A stretch of 64,000 nucleotides of DNA from Basidiobolus meristosporus CBS 931.73. Lineage: Eukaryota; Fungi; Basidiobolomycota. The DNA lies in contig MCFE01000415.1 of the NCBI GenBank assembly GCA_002104905.1, positions 1 through 64,000 of the forward strand, given 5' to 3'. Below are positions 33,765 to 45,583 of this stretch, piece after piece. The stretch's first letter is position 1. The number at the start of each line of letters is the position of its first letter. Made by a program: the position numbers and the translations under genes. The notes beneath the pieces are model-generated. The model did not search any database. It was not told where the DNA came from and was given only the letters and a program-made list of their open reading frames with translations.

Positions 33765-34558
33765 CTAGGTGGAATGTGGTTCATGAAAAAATGAAACGGA
33801 GGTATTTAAACTCACACATGGTTACACCCGCATATTGTCCATCTTGCTCAGTAGACACGGCAATTGGCTCGCGTTGCTTCCATAAATACGCAGCAACTCG
33901 GAGTGCGCCTTCGTTAACTAGGCCCAAATTCGGAATAGGATCAAGAACGGCAGCGCAAGGAACCTTTATTCAGATTAAACCTGCTCCGTGATTTTGTTAA
34001 GAACCGGTGTTACGTGGAGGGTGCTGGATAAGGGCTATCTTTCGGACTTTATTAGCTGGCTTGAGTTTTCTCAACTCCATAGATGGCAATCACGAAATTG
34101 TTGTGCCACGAAGAGAATATGCACCTTAGCCTCAGTTACAAATTATTACCAAGACAACGACTTTTCAGTGCCGTTATCTGGCAGATCATGAGTTTGCAAC
34201 GCATCAGTATGCCAATTGGCAGGGCTTCCCTAAGGTTGCGTGTTGATAGGCATATCTTTGCAAGTGATACATGTACACAGTAGCCCGCAATCTAGTTTTG
34301 AAAATAGATGAACCATCCGATCGTGCGCATGGACATTTCGTGATGGATATGATACCACGATTTATCCACACGCATGATGCTCGTTATTTTAGGTCAGCTT
34401 TGGAGAGTTGATCAAGTTTAAGCCATCATGAACGGGTGCTTGATTAAATCCAGGCGAACATCCGAACTTCAACGAAATTTTTTATTCCATCAAAAAAAAG
34501 GAAAATACGGTAAAAGGTGTGGGAGGAATTGGGTGTGGCTCGACGTTGTTGGAAGAAC

Positions 34559-37500
34559 ATGCCAAGCGCTTGCCCAGAATTCATTAGTGTTGGTTGCAAC
34601 AAAACCACCCAGGCTTCTGCTTGGGGTAAGGACGGCTTAGTGGCCTTCGCTGCGCAAAACAATATCGCTCTATATAGACCAAAGGTAACCGTTACACTCA
34701 CACAGCCGCGCGCATTCAATAAACAGTGTTCTGATAATATGTCGAAAGGATCCTTCTCACAAGGGTGTTGAGAGTACCCTTCTGGGTCATGGTGGTCGTG
34801 TAAACTGCCTTCAATTTATCAATAGAGGTACACATTTGTTTGCCCGAGAGGTTTCCTACGGGTGGTTAGGATTCACACGCACGTCAATTGGATTTAGGAC
34901 ATGAATTTGAGCAAAGAAACGTTGCTTTGGTTTCGGGCTCTACTGATCAAACAGTCAGAGTTTGGAAGGCCCAGGAGGACGGCAAGGTTTTGGGTTCATT
35001 TCTATGTTTGTTGCTGTCGCGTATATTCATGCTTATTCGTTTTTGAAGTGGATCACTTCCGCTGTTCTTACAGGGCACACCTCTCCTATCACCGTTATAG
35101 GTTGCGTGCGGTCTCGTTCCATCGTCTCTGAGTATGACTTGTTTGCAACTGGCTCGACCGACGGCACTATAAGAATCTGGGAAAGGAAGGAAGGCTCCGC
35201 CGGTGAACCAGGTTCGACTCTTGCACCAAACTGTTTCGAAATGGTATTTCCTTAATCTAATATTTTGTTGCAGATACGGTTGAGTGTAAGCAAGTCATTG
35301 AAGTGGGAACAAAATATCCTCTATCTCTATCGATCTCCATATTACCTGGATCCAAAGGTACCCCCGTCGGCAGGGCATATGCATGATGAAAGACAACTCA
35401 AAGCCTAACAACTCTCTGATTAGTACCAATCATGGCTTGCGGCAGTACTGACATGAAGGTCCACCTCTACGTGGAGAAGAATGGAGAGGTAGTTTACTAC
35501 GATTTTCTGGCGAATGTAGCCATTTTTAATCGTCAAGTACGTAGTTTGTCAAAGTGCTTTCTCTGCAAGGACATGAGGACTGGGTTCGAACCCTTGCATT
35601 CACTACCTATCTGCACGACGACAAAGAGGAGCTCATGCTTGCCAGTGGCTCACAAGATCGTTACATCCGGTTGTGGCGCATAGTTGAATCTTCACAAATC
35701 GAGAAAGACGAGCACAACAGCGGAGATTTCACCAAAGATATGCTTGACTCGTTGAACGAAGCTATGAGGTGCGACATGTTGTCAAGTCAGACCATCTATA
35801 CCGACTAACGTTCTTTCGGAATCCAGCAAGGACGGAGCAGTGCAGCTTAGCACCAAGGCTCATATCATCGAGGTTGGATCAAACGAGATGGAAAAGTAAT
35901 TGCTCCCGTTGGAAAATTGCTTGCATGCAGAGAAGCTAACCTTCCGAAAACAGAAAACGTTATACCGTGATGTTGGAGGCCCTGTTGATTGGTCATGAGG
36001 ATTGGGTATATAGTGTCGATTGGGCACCAGCCACTGAAAGTATGTTTATTGCCTTGATGATGTCGCCGCAATTTATGGATGCTAACCTGCTTTGATCGAA
36101 AGAAAATGGCACTTACACCCAACCGCCTGTCTTGCTCTCTGCTTCAGCGGACAAATCCATGATGATCTGGACGCCCGAGGAGGAAGGAGGCGTTTGGCTT
36201 ACGCAGGTGAGTTCGACGTGTTTTGCATCCCGATGCGCATGCCGTTCTTAACACATGTCTTTAGGTAAGAGTTGGTGAAGTTGGTGGTAACGCTTGTGGA
36301 TTTTACGGTGGCATGTTTGGCCCTGATGGAAAATCCATCCTTGCCCACGGTTACAATGGCACCTTCCACTTGTGGGGCAATACATCTGAAAACGGTACGG
36401 GGCTTACAGCCAGGTCTTCTACCCAGCTCACTGTAGTAATATGATTTCTGCAGAATGGCAACCTCAAGTTACAATCAGCGGACACTTCAAGCCAGTCCAA
36501 AACCTTGCTTGGGACCCTACTTCTCTCTTCTTTGTGTCTGTCAGGTTCGAGACTTACCAGGAATTATTTCGTTGTTGAGCAGCATTGCTTACCAATCTTC
36601 GTCCTACCAGTCATGACCAAACTGCTAGACTTTTTGCTCAATGCGTTTATTCCGACTCGACATCACAAGGAGAAGCCAATGCTTGGCACGAGATCGCTCG
36701 CCCCCAGGTTCACGGCTACGACGTCCAGTGCTTAGCATTTGTTGATAACTATCGCTATGTCAGCGGCTCTGACGAGAAGGTACTTACAAATGCCTGAGCT
36801 GAACCAAAATGGAGCCTTAACCCTCGGAAAATTCTAGGTTCTCCGCGTTTTCGATGCTCCTCAGACATTCGTCAGCACTTTGGCACAGCTCACTGGTAAA
36901 CAAGAGCTTTTGGAGGGAGTGGTATGGGGCTTCGTATTTGTTGTATCGTGTATGAGATCTACGCGTATTAATCCAACCCCAACCAACAGGCTCAAAGACC
37001 CCTAACTGCCAATCTCCCCGCACTTGGTCTCTCCAACAAGGCAGTTTTTGCAGGTGATTAATACATGAATTGACATGGTGAACGATCCACTCAACCCTTC
37101 GTTGTAGGTGATTTGGAGAAGGAAGCAGAGTCTGAGGATGTCCTGAACCGTCAAAATTTCACCGCTGCTTCTCTAGCCCCAGCATCAGCTTTGAAAGCCT
37201 CGGATCACCCACCATTTGAAGAGTTCTTGGTGCAGCACACTCTATGGCCCGAGGTCGATAAGCTTTACGGACACGGCTACGAAATCATGTGTGTTGGAGC
37301 TAGCCATGACGGCAAATACATCGCATCCGCCTGTAAGGTACTTTGATCTGACGTTATTGATCACACGCATTGTTACACGCCGTGCTGAACAACCAACCCC
37401 AATGCAGGCCGCAAGTGCACGTCACGCCGGACTTCGACTATTCACAGTCAACAACTGGAAGGAAATCACACCACCCCTCGCTTCTCATGTACTTACAGTG

Positions 37501-38289
37501 ACGAAGGTCAAATTCTCGTGGAACGACAAATACCTCCTCTCAGTGTCCAGAGATCGTTGTTGGACACTCTTCGAGAAGACCGAGGATGAAGGTTTGTTGG
37601 ACGCTTCCTCACGGAATCACGTGCCACTGCTAACTGTCGAACCACCAGAGGAGCCATTTGTACAGGTCGCCAAAGACAAGCCGCACGCACGTATTATCTG
37701 GGATTGCTCATGGTCTCACGACGACCGTATTTTTGCCACCGCCTCTCGTGATAAAACCGTAAGAGTCTCCTTCAGCATCATTAAGAGTACACAGTAATAA
37801 TGAAGCATGGGGATTTAGGTGAAATTCTGGTCGGTCAACTCCACCCCCGAAGGCACATCGGTAACCCTTGCCGGTAGCATCAAGCTGACAGAGAGTGTTA
37901 CTGCCATTGACTTTGTCCCCTCCACTGTTGATAACAAGTATGTATCCTGAGCATCACCCGATGGGAGATCTCCTACTAACCTCGAGATAGATATGTGCTA
38001 GCGGTTGGCCTTGAAACTGGGCAACTTTTATTGGTCCACGGACAGATTGGTGACAGCAACAATGAATGGGAAATCCTCTATCAGTTTGACCCCAGGTACA
38101 TCATCTTACATTACCAAGAAAATGTCGACCTCACCAGCTAACGAATTATCGGACGTCTTTAGCATTTGCCACAGCGGTACGGTCCATTCACTGGCCTGGC
38201 GTCGCCAAACTCCCTCGGAGGCCGAACCATATCAACTGGCCACTGCAGGAGAAGATCACTCCGTGCGTCTTTTCCGGATTCGCATCTAG
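34559..38289 (+). CDS. ELP2: Elongator complex subunit 2 (WD40), multi-exon
   Basis: [79 protein letters not shown]. Confidence 0.95.
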
Positions 38290-38509
38290 GAGGGATCGGT
38301 GGGAGGTGGAGTCTTGTATGTAGCTATATACGCCAACCCCGCCATTGATTCGGCAAAAACCAACCCTTTTCTTTACCAGGTGTGTAGCCCCTGACTTAAT
38401 AAATGGATCGACTCACATTGGAATAGCCGTTTATAGACGAAAGGGAGGGCAACATTAATATTATAGAAATACAGTGGGATGCAAATGGGTGATTGTTTTG
38501 GGGATGCGA

Positions 38510-39268
38510 TCATACAATCCTAGGGGAGGGCTGGGTGAATGTTCGGTTGGGGGATGGACTTCTAGGTGGATAGGTGGCTTGGCGTGGTGGGTAAAGGGAT
38601 TGCTTGGGTGGGTATTCGGGCTGATTCAGTCGCTGTGGTGGATACGCATGAGTCTGCATCTGGCGGGGCAGGTTAGGCGAGGCTCGGGGAGATGGCAGCT
38701 GGTTAGGCTCGTCGATATCGCTGTCTGATTCAGAAGATAAATCGTCAAAGTTGTCCAGCGTGAGGGTAGATGGGGTGGAAGTAAACGAGGGGGCTTTCCC
38801 CACCAGACATTCATAAACAGGGACCCAGTCTTCTGGTCGAGTGGACGAGGAAGTGAGTACGAAACCCATGTTCAGCTCAATCTCACCGCTGACCACATCT
38901 TTTGAAGATTTCTTTTCCAGAGGATACCATATGGTTCGCTTCTGCGAGGGGTCAAACAGAAGGGGAACCCCATCAATGAACAGCTCCCTAAATGACAGGT
39001 TCAGCTGACCCATGAAATCTCGGCCGAAGAAGTCGTTGTCCCAGCAAACGACCTGCAGAAATTTGGGAGGGTTTTTCATGTTGATCTTGAACTCGAAGGT
39101 GGTGTCCCATGTGGGCGAGAGTGACTTCGGGATCACTTTCGTGGTTTTCTTCTTGTTCTGCAGCTTGACCACGACAAAGGGATCGGACAGTCCGTTGCTA
39201 TCTTTGGGTGCTAGGTTCCTTGCTCTGATCACCTGGATTTTCAGGGCTGATATCGAGTGTACAGACAT
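38510..39268 (-). CDS. C2-domain protein with acidic linker and Pro-rich YPP-repeat tail, 252 aa, intronless
   Basis: IQVIRARNLAPKDSNGLSDPFVVV, VVCWDNDFFGRDFMG. The ATG is the reverse complement of cat at 39266-39268, so the gene is on the - strand despite the track label. Confidence 0.85.
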   Translation of the reverse strand: MSVHSISALKIQVIRARNLAPKDSNGLSDPFVVVKLQNKKKTTKVIPKSLSPTWDTTFEFKINMKNPPKFLQVVCWDNDFFGRDFMGQLNLSFRELFIDGVPLLFDPSQKRTIWYPLEKKSSKDVVSGEIELNMGFVLTSSSTRPEDWVPVYECLVGKAPSFTSTPSTLTLDNFDDLSSESDSDIDEPNQLPSPRASPNLPRQMQTHAYPPQRLNQPEYPPKQSLYPPRQATYPPRSPSPNRTFTQPSPRIV

Positions 39269-39696
39269 GTTGGCAAGGTTGGGTGAGTACCGAGGATACC
39301 GACGGGCAGCAACATTTATACTTTTGAGTTCTCTTGGCTAACCCAAGCGAGGGCCAATGGTTGCGAGTATCGGTAATTACTCAGCCTTTGCTTGTGTTCC
39401 CAAATGAATAATTTAGAACGTATGCACAGAAGATCGCATGGGCAAGAGATCTGGATTCCGATGTAATCTGTGCATGTGTTGCTCTCCTGAGAAGCAGCAT
39501 TGAGCAAAGCCAAGCGCTGTACTCGTCGTAACCAAAATGTCGCACGAAATAATCATCTATTAACGCAATCTTGTTGGGTGGGTTGTTTGTATCCCTTTCG
39601 AGATTTATTTGATGGATAATATACATGATAGGTAGGGGCGGCTATAGTGGTGGTTGTAGCGGGTGTGAATGGGAACATATATATAAATGAATCTGA

Positions 39697-40804
39697 TCAT
39701 TGCTCTTTACTAGCCACTTCGATCTCCTGGGAAAATGTACTCTTCGACACGTTTCTCGGAGTAAACCCAGGAATGTCCAATTTGGTTTCTATGGACTCGT
39801 CATCAACTAGCCAGCAATCGATCGATGGGGGCGGCACTCGAATAATGGCCATCGTCTCCTCCCTTGACTATGGCGCAGAGGTTACAGAGTGGGAGATCAT
39901 TCCAATCATACCCAAACGGGTTCTCCAGCTCACCTCCAATCGCCAGAATCCCAAACAGCGTAAAGGCAGCCGCAGCGCTTACCAGGAGGGTTACCCAGCC
40001 GAGTGGTTCGACTATCTGGTAGGGCAACATGAGACAGTAAGCCCAAACAGTCTGGGCCAAATGAATGGAGTAGGCAACAGGTATAGGGGTCCGCAGAATT
40101 CGCTCAAACCCAGTGAGACAGTCAATCAGGCTGTTGATGGAATTTGTAAGCAGTGTAAATAATGGGGCGTCTATATTCCCTCGCTCCTTTTGGTGTTGGA
40201 TGAACGCCGTTAGATGGATGGTGATCTCCAAGGGCATGTTGGAGCCTGGTGCTTTGCTTTGTGCTGGCGGGACGATAGGCCGAAGTAATTGATCATCCCG
40301 CGGGTGGTTTATAGAAGTGGGTGTGCGGTATTTATGGTGAGATGAGCGAAGAAAAGGCGCACAGTCAGGCGTGACATCCCGATAGTCATATTCCTCGCGT
40401 AGATAATGCTTTGTGGCCTGCGCATAAGAGATCAAGAGCTTGATGGCTGCCTCCTTGATACTTCGGTCGTTTTGTGATTTCTCGCCCACATTGATCCAAA
40501 TCATTCGAGTCAAAGAGCGGATATTTACAATCTGCGTGCTCCACAAACGACGCCCTTCCCAGTAGCGGTCGTAAGCAGTGTTGGTTCGGAAAACCAGAAG
40601 AAGAGAGGTGACCATTCCAAGAATGGTGACCAGATTATCTTTGATGTTCAACCGGAGGTCGGTGAACCTATGAATCGATACTACGGCTGCGCTGTAGGCA
40701 GTCAAAAACAGCACCTTTACTATGATTCTTGGGATGATTGACCTTTTGAGGCGAAGAGCAAACGGCCACCGGCGCTCGTATAGAGGGGGCATATTGTAGA
40801 CCAT
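39697..40804 (-). CDS. Bestrophin (UPF0187/YneE-type) anion channel with an apparent +1 frameshift near the C-terminus
   Basis: FRTNTAYDRYWEGRRLW, ERILRTPIPVAYSIHL, ELENPFGYDWNDLPL. As written the ORF stops at 39803; the shifted frame continues to TGA at 39697. Confidence 0.9.
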
Positions 40805-41649
40805 TTCGGATCACTGGTGCTAGCACCAAAAACGAAAAAAGGTTATGAGAAGTAGCTGGTCGATGTAAATACAGGGAGCCTTTTAAATTCAATGGCTGAA
40901 TCTTCTCCACAACGTTGACGTTTTCCTGGACTGAGGGTGATGATAAACAATGGCAAGGGAATTACCGGTTCCTTGCACGTTTCCGGTGAATGTAAGAAAC
41001 CTGTCTTATTAAGCGTAATAGTCAAATCTATGCCAGGAAGGGGATTATTGTTGACATGTTAGGCAACCACCTGGAGATTAAGTGAATTGTGCGACTAAGC
41101 CTTAAACCGATTTCCTCCTATATAAGCAGTCATAGATTTCGCCCTGTTGTGTTAGGGGCTTCTTTATAAAATCTGACTTTAGTGGCACTATTCTTGCTGA
41201 GTACTGCATGGAATGACTCAATCTCACCTGGTTTATTGAAACTTACCTTGAAACCTATCGCAAGCGTACCTAATGGAGAGTGCTGGTTCCAATATGCACA
41301 GGCAAATCGCACACATCTCGGCCAAGTGTCGGCAGAATGACGCCATCCAAGATAGGGTAATTACGAGTATATACACAGGTTTTATCGCTAATGAACTAGC
41401 ACCCTCTTTCTCCAGAGGGGTCGAAAGGTTCAAACACCCATCAACCGAGCAACGTTCGTGGGGCGTGGTTAAATATCGATGTGTAGTGCATGGGTGTTAG
41501 GATTTCAAGGTATATTTCTTTACTGGATGCATCAAAATATCGGGAAATCCAAACGAAATGTACAGTGGTTTGGGACTTTGGAATGCAAAATAAAAATTTC
41601 TAAAGATTGACGAATCTATCATGCTTATCCTAAGCGATTGGTCCTCTCT

Positions 41650-42181
41650 TTACATTAAGACTTTTAGCACTCTCCTGCTGGTGACAAGATAATGGAAGCG
41701 CTCGAATTCGGCCTTGGCAATTTCCGGTTGCTCGTTCTGCAGATAGGCCTCGAGGTGGTCCTGGGACTGGATGGTGTAATGAATAGTGAAGTAGATCTAA
41801 AGCAAATCCAAATATAAATCTCTACACGCGTAACGAACGAATACAGTGGCTCGAGTTTACCTTGCTGCACCCTTCCTCGGATAGCCAGAACAGCCCAGCT
41901 AAAATAAAGGAAAGTCTATTACTTTACTCGCCTCATACTCGGGTATATGTCGAATCCAATGAAGTACCTGGCTTGGGCTGACTGAATACGTTAACGGAAA
42001 GAAATCCTGGAAAAAGAGCGGTCAACACCAGAGCATTGAGCTAGTGTATGGGGAACATACCATCCACTCTATCGCAGGTGTTACGGGCAAAGCTGCGAAG
42101 CCAGTCTAGATATTCATCGCCTTTGTCTTTTGGAACGGAAATGTTGACCTCGTAAATCAGTGTATCTAACGCATGCGACAT
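41650..42181 (-). CDS. DUF4286-like small protein, 114 aa, 4 exons
   Basis: Exons 42181-42061, 42006-41968, 41898-41861 and 41796-41650 (GT-AG introns of 54, 69 and 64 nt) splice in frame to MSHALDTLIYEVNISVPKDKGDEYLDWL...YFTIHYTIQSQDHLEAYLQNEQP...RRVLKVLM. Confidence 0.8.
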
Positions 42182-42953
42182 AGTAACAGAGAAGCGGACA
42201 ATACAGGTGTGCAAAAAATCCGGACATTAAATACACTCATCCTGTCCAAGAATTTGATTTGATTGGATGGTTGAGCCAACCTGGTTAACTAGATGATTAA
42301 TCTAAGGCAAGGCATGATGGCGAGGTAATCCAAGGTGAGGCAAGCGAGGGAACAAGCTAGGAAACCTCATGTGGGAACAGGAGCAGTGTCAGAAACAGCA
42401 ATCAACGCCACTGGTCCCCTGTCCCCTTCCCCTTTTCCGCACCCTTACTCGCGTGGATTGGTGGACTACATGTTTGATTTGATGCAACTTTAGCTCCAAT
42501 ATCATGGGCAAAAGCAGGAAGAAACGTTTATCACTAGATCAATCCTCCCTAATTAATAATCCAAATGAAACCATGACGTACAAGTAGTCAACCCTAGCCC
42601 AGATACTGCTGCCATAGATAAACTGGTCTTCCATTTCCCATTTAGGTTTTTATCCAGCTTCCCTTTCCCACGATTTCTTGGGCTCTCATCAACCGAATAT
42701 CTTTATCCATTATAATCCTCTTTTACGCTGATTCCCCACTCTTATCCCCACCATTCTCGCTTAATTGAGCGTGAATTATTTTCCAAGTAATTTCGATCTT
42801 TCTACCGCGTCTTCAAAGAAGGATATTATCTCGTGCACGTACCAGACACTTGGTTTTTGACTGTCGCGTTGGAATACTGAGTTCAAGCTGTCCTCCCAAA
42901 CCCCGTTCGACTTTTCGAAAATCCCTTTCGATACACATCCGGAGATCTCTGCC

Positions 42954-44204
42954 ATGGAGGTTAGAGACTTTTTAGCCAAATGCAGGCTTGAGCAATACTA
43001 CACCACCTTCGTATCCGAAGGGTTTGACCAGCTGAAATCGGTATGTCACTGTTCCCAACTTCTGGCGACGCAATCTGGTATTCATCTTTGCATTCTGTTG
43101 CCACAGCTCCTGGAGATAACGGAGAGTGATTTAGCTGCCATGGACGTCAAGAGAGGTCACAGAAGGGTAAGTTGCCAGTAAGCTGGCCCTATGAGGCAAC
43201 GTGTAGCTCATCCTTTGTTTAGTTATTGCAGCAGGAGATTGCTAGCCTGAAGGGATTTACTCAGCCACCCTCTATGGGTTTATCGATGGTCCCCACAGAT
43301 GAGAACTTCTTGAATATGTCAGAAACAGGTCAGCAAAAACTGCAGTTACTTATGGTGTCTTCATTACTAAGTAGTTATTCATTTTTTGAACGGAATAGAC
43401 TCAACACCCATTCAACCTCGTCTTTTAACTCCAGGCGCCTTACCAGCCAGCCACGGCTCGCACATCTCGCTACATGGGCAACATCTGATGTCGCCGGACA
43501 TGGGGGAGTATACCACTCCAGACAGCAACGGAAAACGCAAATACAGACGCCACCCTAAACCAGACAAAAACGCACCGGAGAAGCCTGCTTCAGCATACGT
43601 GATGTTTTCAAATAAGGTTCGGGCAGAGCTCAAGGACCAGAATATGTCGTTTACTGAGATCGCAAAAATCGTTGGCGATCGATGGAAATCCATCAGCCGT
43701 GAAGAGAAGGAGCAAGTGGAGCAGAGTGCAGCGCAAGCACGTGAGGAATACTACGAAGCTTTACGTGTCTACAAAGAGACCAACGAGTACAAGGTACTGA
43801 GGAATCGGAATGCGTGTGTGAAGCCTCCATACTTAACCATCCTGAACATTAGGAGTATCAAGAATACCTGGCCGAGTTTCGTAAGAAATCCAGTAGTTGC
43901 GGTACGTATGGTTCAATCGGGTTACTTTCACGCCTCAACTAACAGACATCCGGTAGTGCGCCCCGTTGGTCGGCCAAGAAAGCATCCCAAACTTCACGAA
44001 GAGGCCGGAAACTCGCTAGTGGACTTAAATTCCGAAAACAAGCACCCAGCACCGCCCACATACAATCTCAACATGGTGCACAACGGCTCGGCGCTCCATC
44101 CGCACAACGATCACCCCCACGACCACTCACATCAAAACAACCATCACTCTGATATCAATTTAGAGTTCATGGTTAGCCAATCGGATCAAACATTCATGAT
44201 CTAA
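42954..44204 (+). CDS. SAM domain + HMG-box + AT-hook transcription factor, multi-exon
   Basis: SAM: FLAKCRLEQYY..EGFDQLKSLLEITESDL..VKRGHRR. HMG: KRKYRRHPKPDKNAPEKPASAYVMFSN..IVGDRW. AT-hook: GRPRK. Confidence 0.9.
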
Positions 44205-45059
44205 ACGCAATTTTGTCAACTTCAACCTTGCCACAGGTGTTATATATATAATTTATCGGCGTAAGCTAGGGTTTTCTTCGTGTTTAGGTCTTTACAACTG
44301 CACACTGTTTATTTGATGGAATCAGTCTTTACTTTATCTATACTGCAAAATATACACTTTACTCGCATCTTCTGTGCTAGATAGCAACAATCGGATTTTG
44401 CTCATAAATCCTCTGGACTAGATAGCAAATATAGGATTTTATTCATAAAATAGGATTCAGAAATCCACACACCTTGGGGCAAATATGGTTATACTGCAGG
44501 CATTGGCGTCCACCTCATCTGAGTGGAATTCGGGTGGAATAACTGCGACCCAACTAACCTTCACCCTCTCGGTCGAATCCTGGAAACAGACCATCGCCAT
44601 CAAGCCATCGTACAGGGCACACAAAACCCTAGTCCTAACCTAAATCGCAACCCCGCATCTAGTCCTAAGCACCTTATCCCGAATAGAGCTCCAGGCAACC
44701 ATAGACCATTATGGTGAAATTAGGGCAATGCTGCCAGCAAATTTGGGACAAATCACCTTCCAATGTAAGCCTGAGTCATCGAATGTGCAGTCTAGCTCAT
44801 TCTTGAGTGGCCAATTTGGGCGTAGACCTGTCATCTAATGTGTATGGTCATTGTCCCTCTTAGGTGGCGCTTCAAATAATTCATACCAAAAACCCATCGA
44901 CTGGGTTGATTCAGCCAGAATGGTCCAATCAGTATAGCTTATTATGGGAATGCCATCACTATGGTGCCGGATTCTCAATGAATTTCGTATGCCTGCCGCT
45001 GCCTGGATTATAAATATTCAACCAGAGATCCCCGCCATCCGTACTATCATTCTCCACAC

Positions 45060-45356
45060 ATGGATACTAAGTGGTGCACCGTTTGTGACCGGTATATCGA
45101 TTTTTACGAAGACGAGCTGTATTGCAGCGAAGCGTGTCGTCTGAAAGATGCTCACGGCTCTAACTGTCTCCAGAACAACGACTGCAGCTCCGTATTGTCA
45201 TTCAGCTCAGCCTCCGACAGTAGCTCTCCTCTCTCTTCGCCTATCAGAACCTCCTTCCTTCAAGAAGGCTACCCGCCCACACGAGGTGGACTAAAGCTTC
45301 CGACCAGATACGTCTCACTGAAGCCCAAGGGACACCGTTTTACGTTGGTGCGTTAG
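45060..45356 (+). CDS. Ecl1-family (extender of chronological lifespan) zinc-binding protein, 98 aa
   Basis: WCTVCDR...LYCSEACRLKD followed by a Ser-rich segment. Confidence 0.85.
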   Translation: MDTKWCTVCDRYIDFYEDELYCSEACRLKDAHGSNCLQNNDCSSVLSFSSASDSSSPLSSPIRTSFLQEGYPPTRGGLKLPTRYVSLKPKGHRFTLVR

Positions 45357-45583
45357 ATATATACTTCGTAGTATCTACTGTAACAACACAGCTATCATTG
45401 CATGTATATATCCACACCCATCGGCAGTTCATTGTTTGTATTCTATAATCACCGCACACCAACATCTATATATACAAAATCCCGTTCATCCGACATATTG
45501 CTAGTCCATCATGGCGTGCTCGTACAATAAACCCATCCCCATCTTCTTGATCAACTTTTCGGTGATTTATTGGATGGGCTCCC

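Noticed and set aside
38510-39268. ORF track strand label (+)
   Set aside because: The + strand reads tca at 38510 and cat at 39266-39268; the listed protein is the - strand translation.
42954-44204. SAM + HMG-box fusion as a novelty
   Set aside because: This architecture is already known in filamentous fungi.
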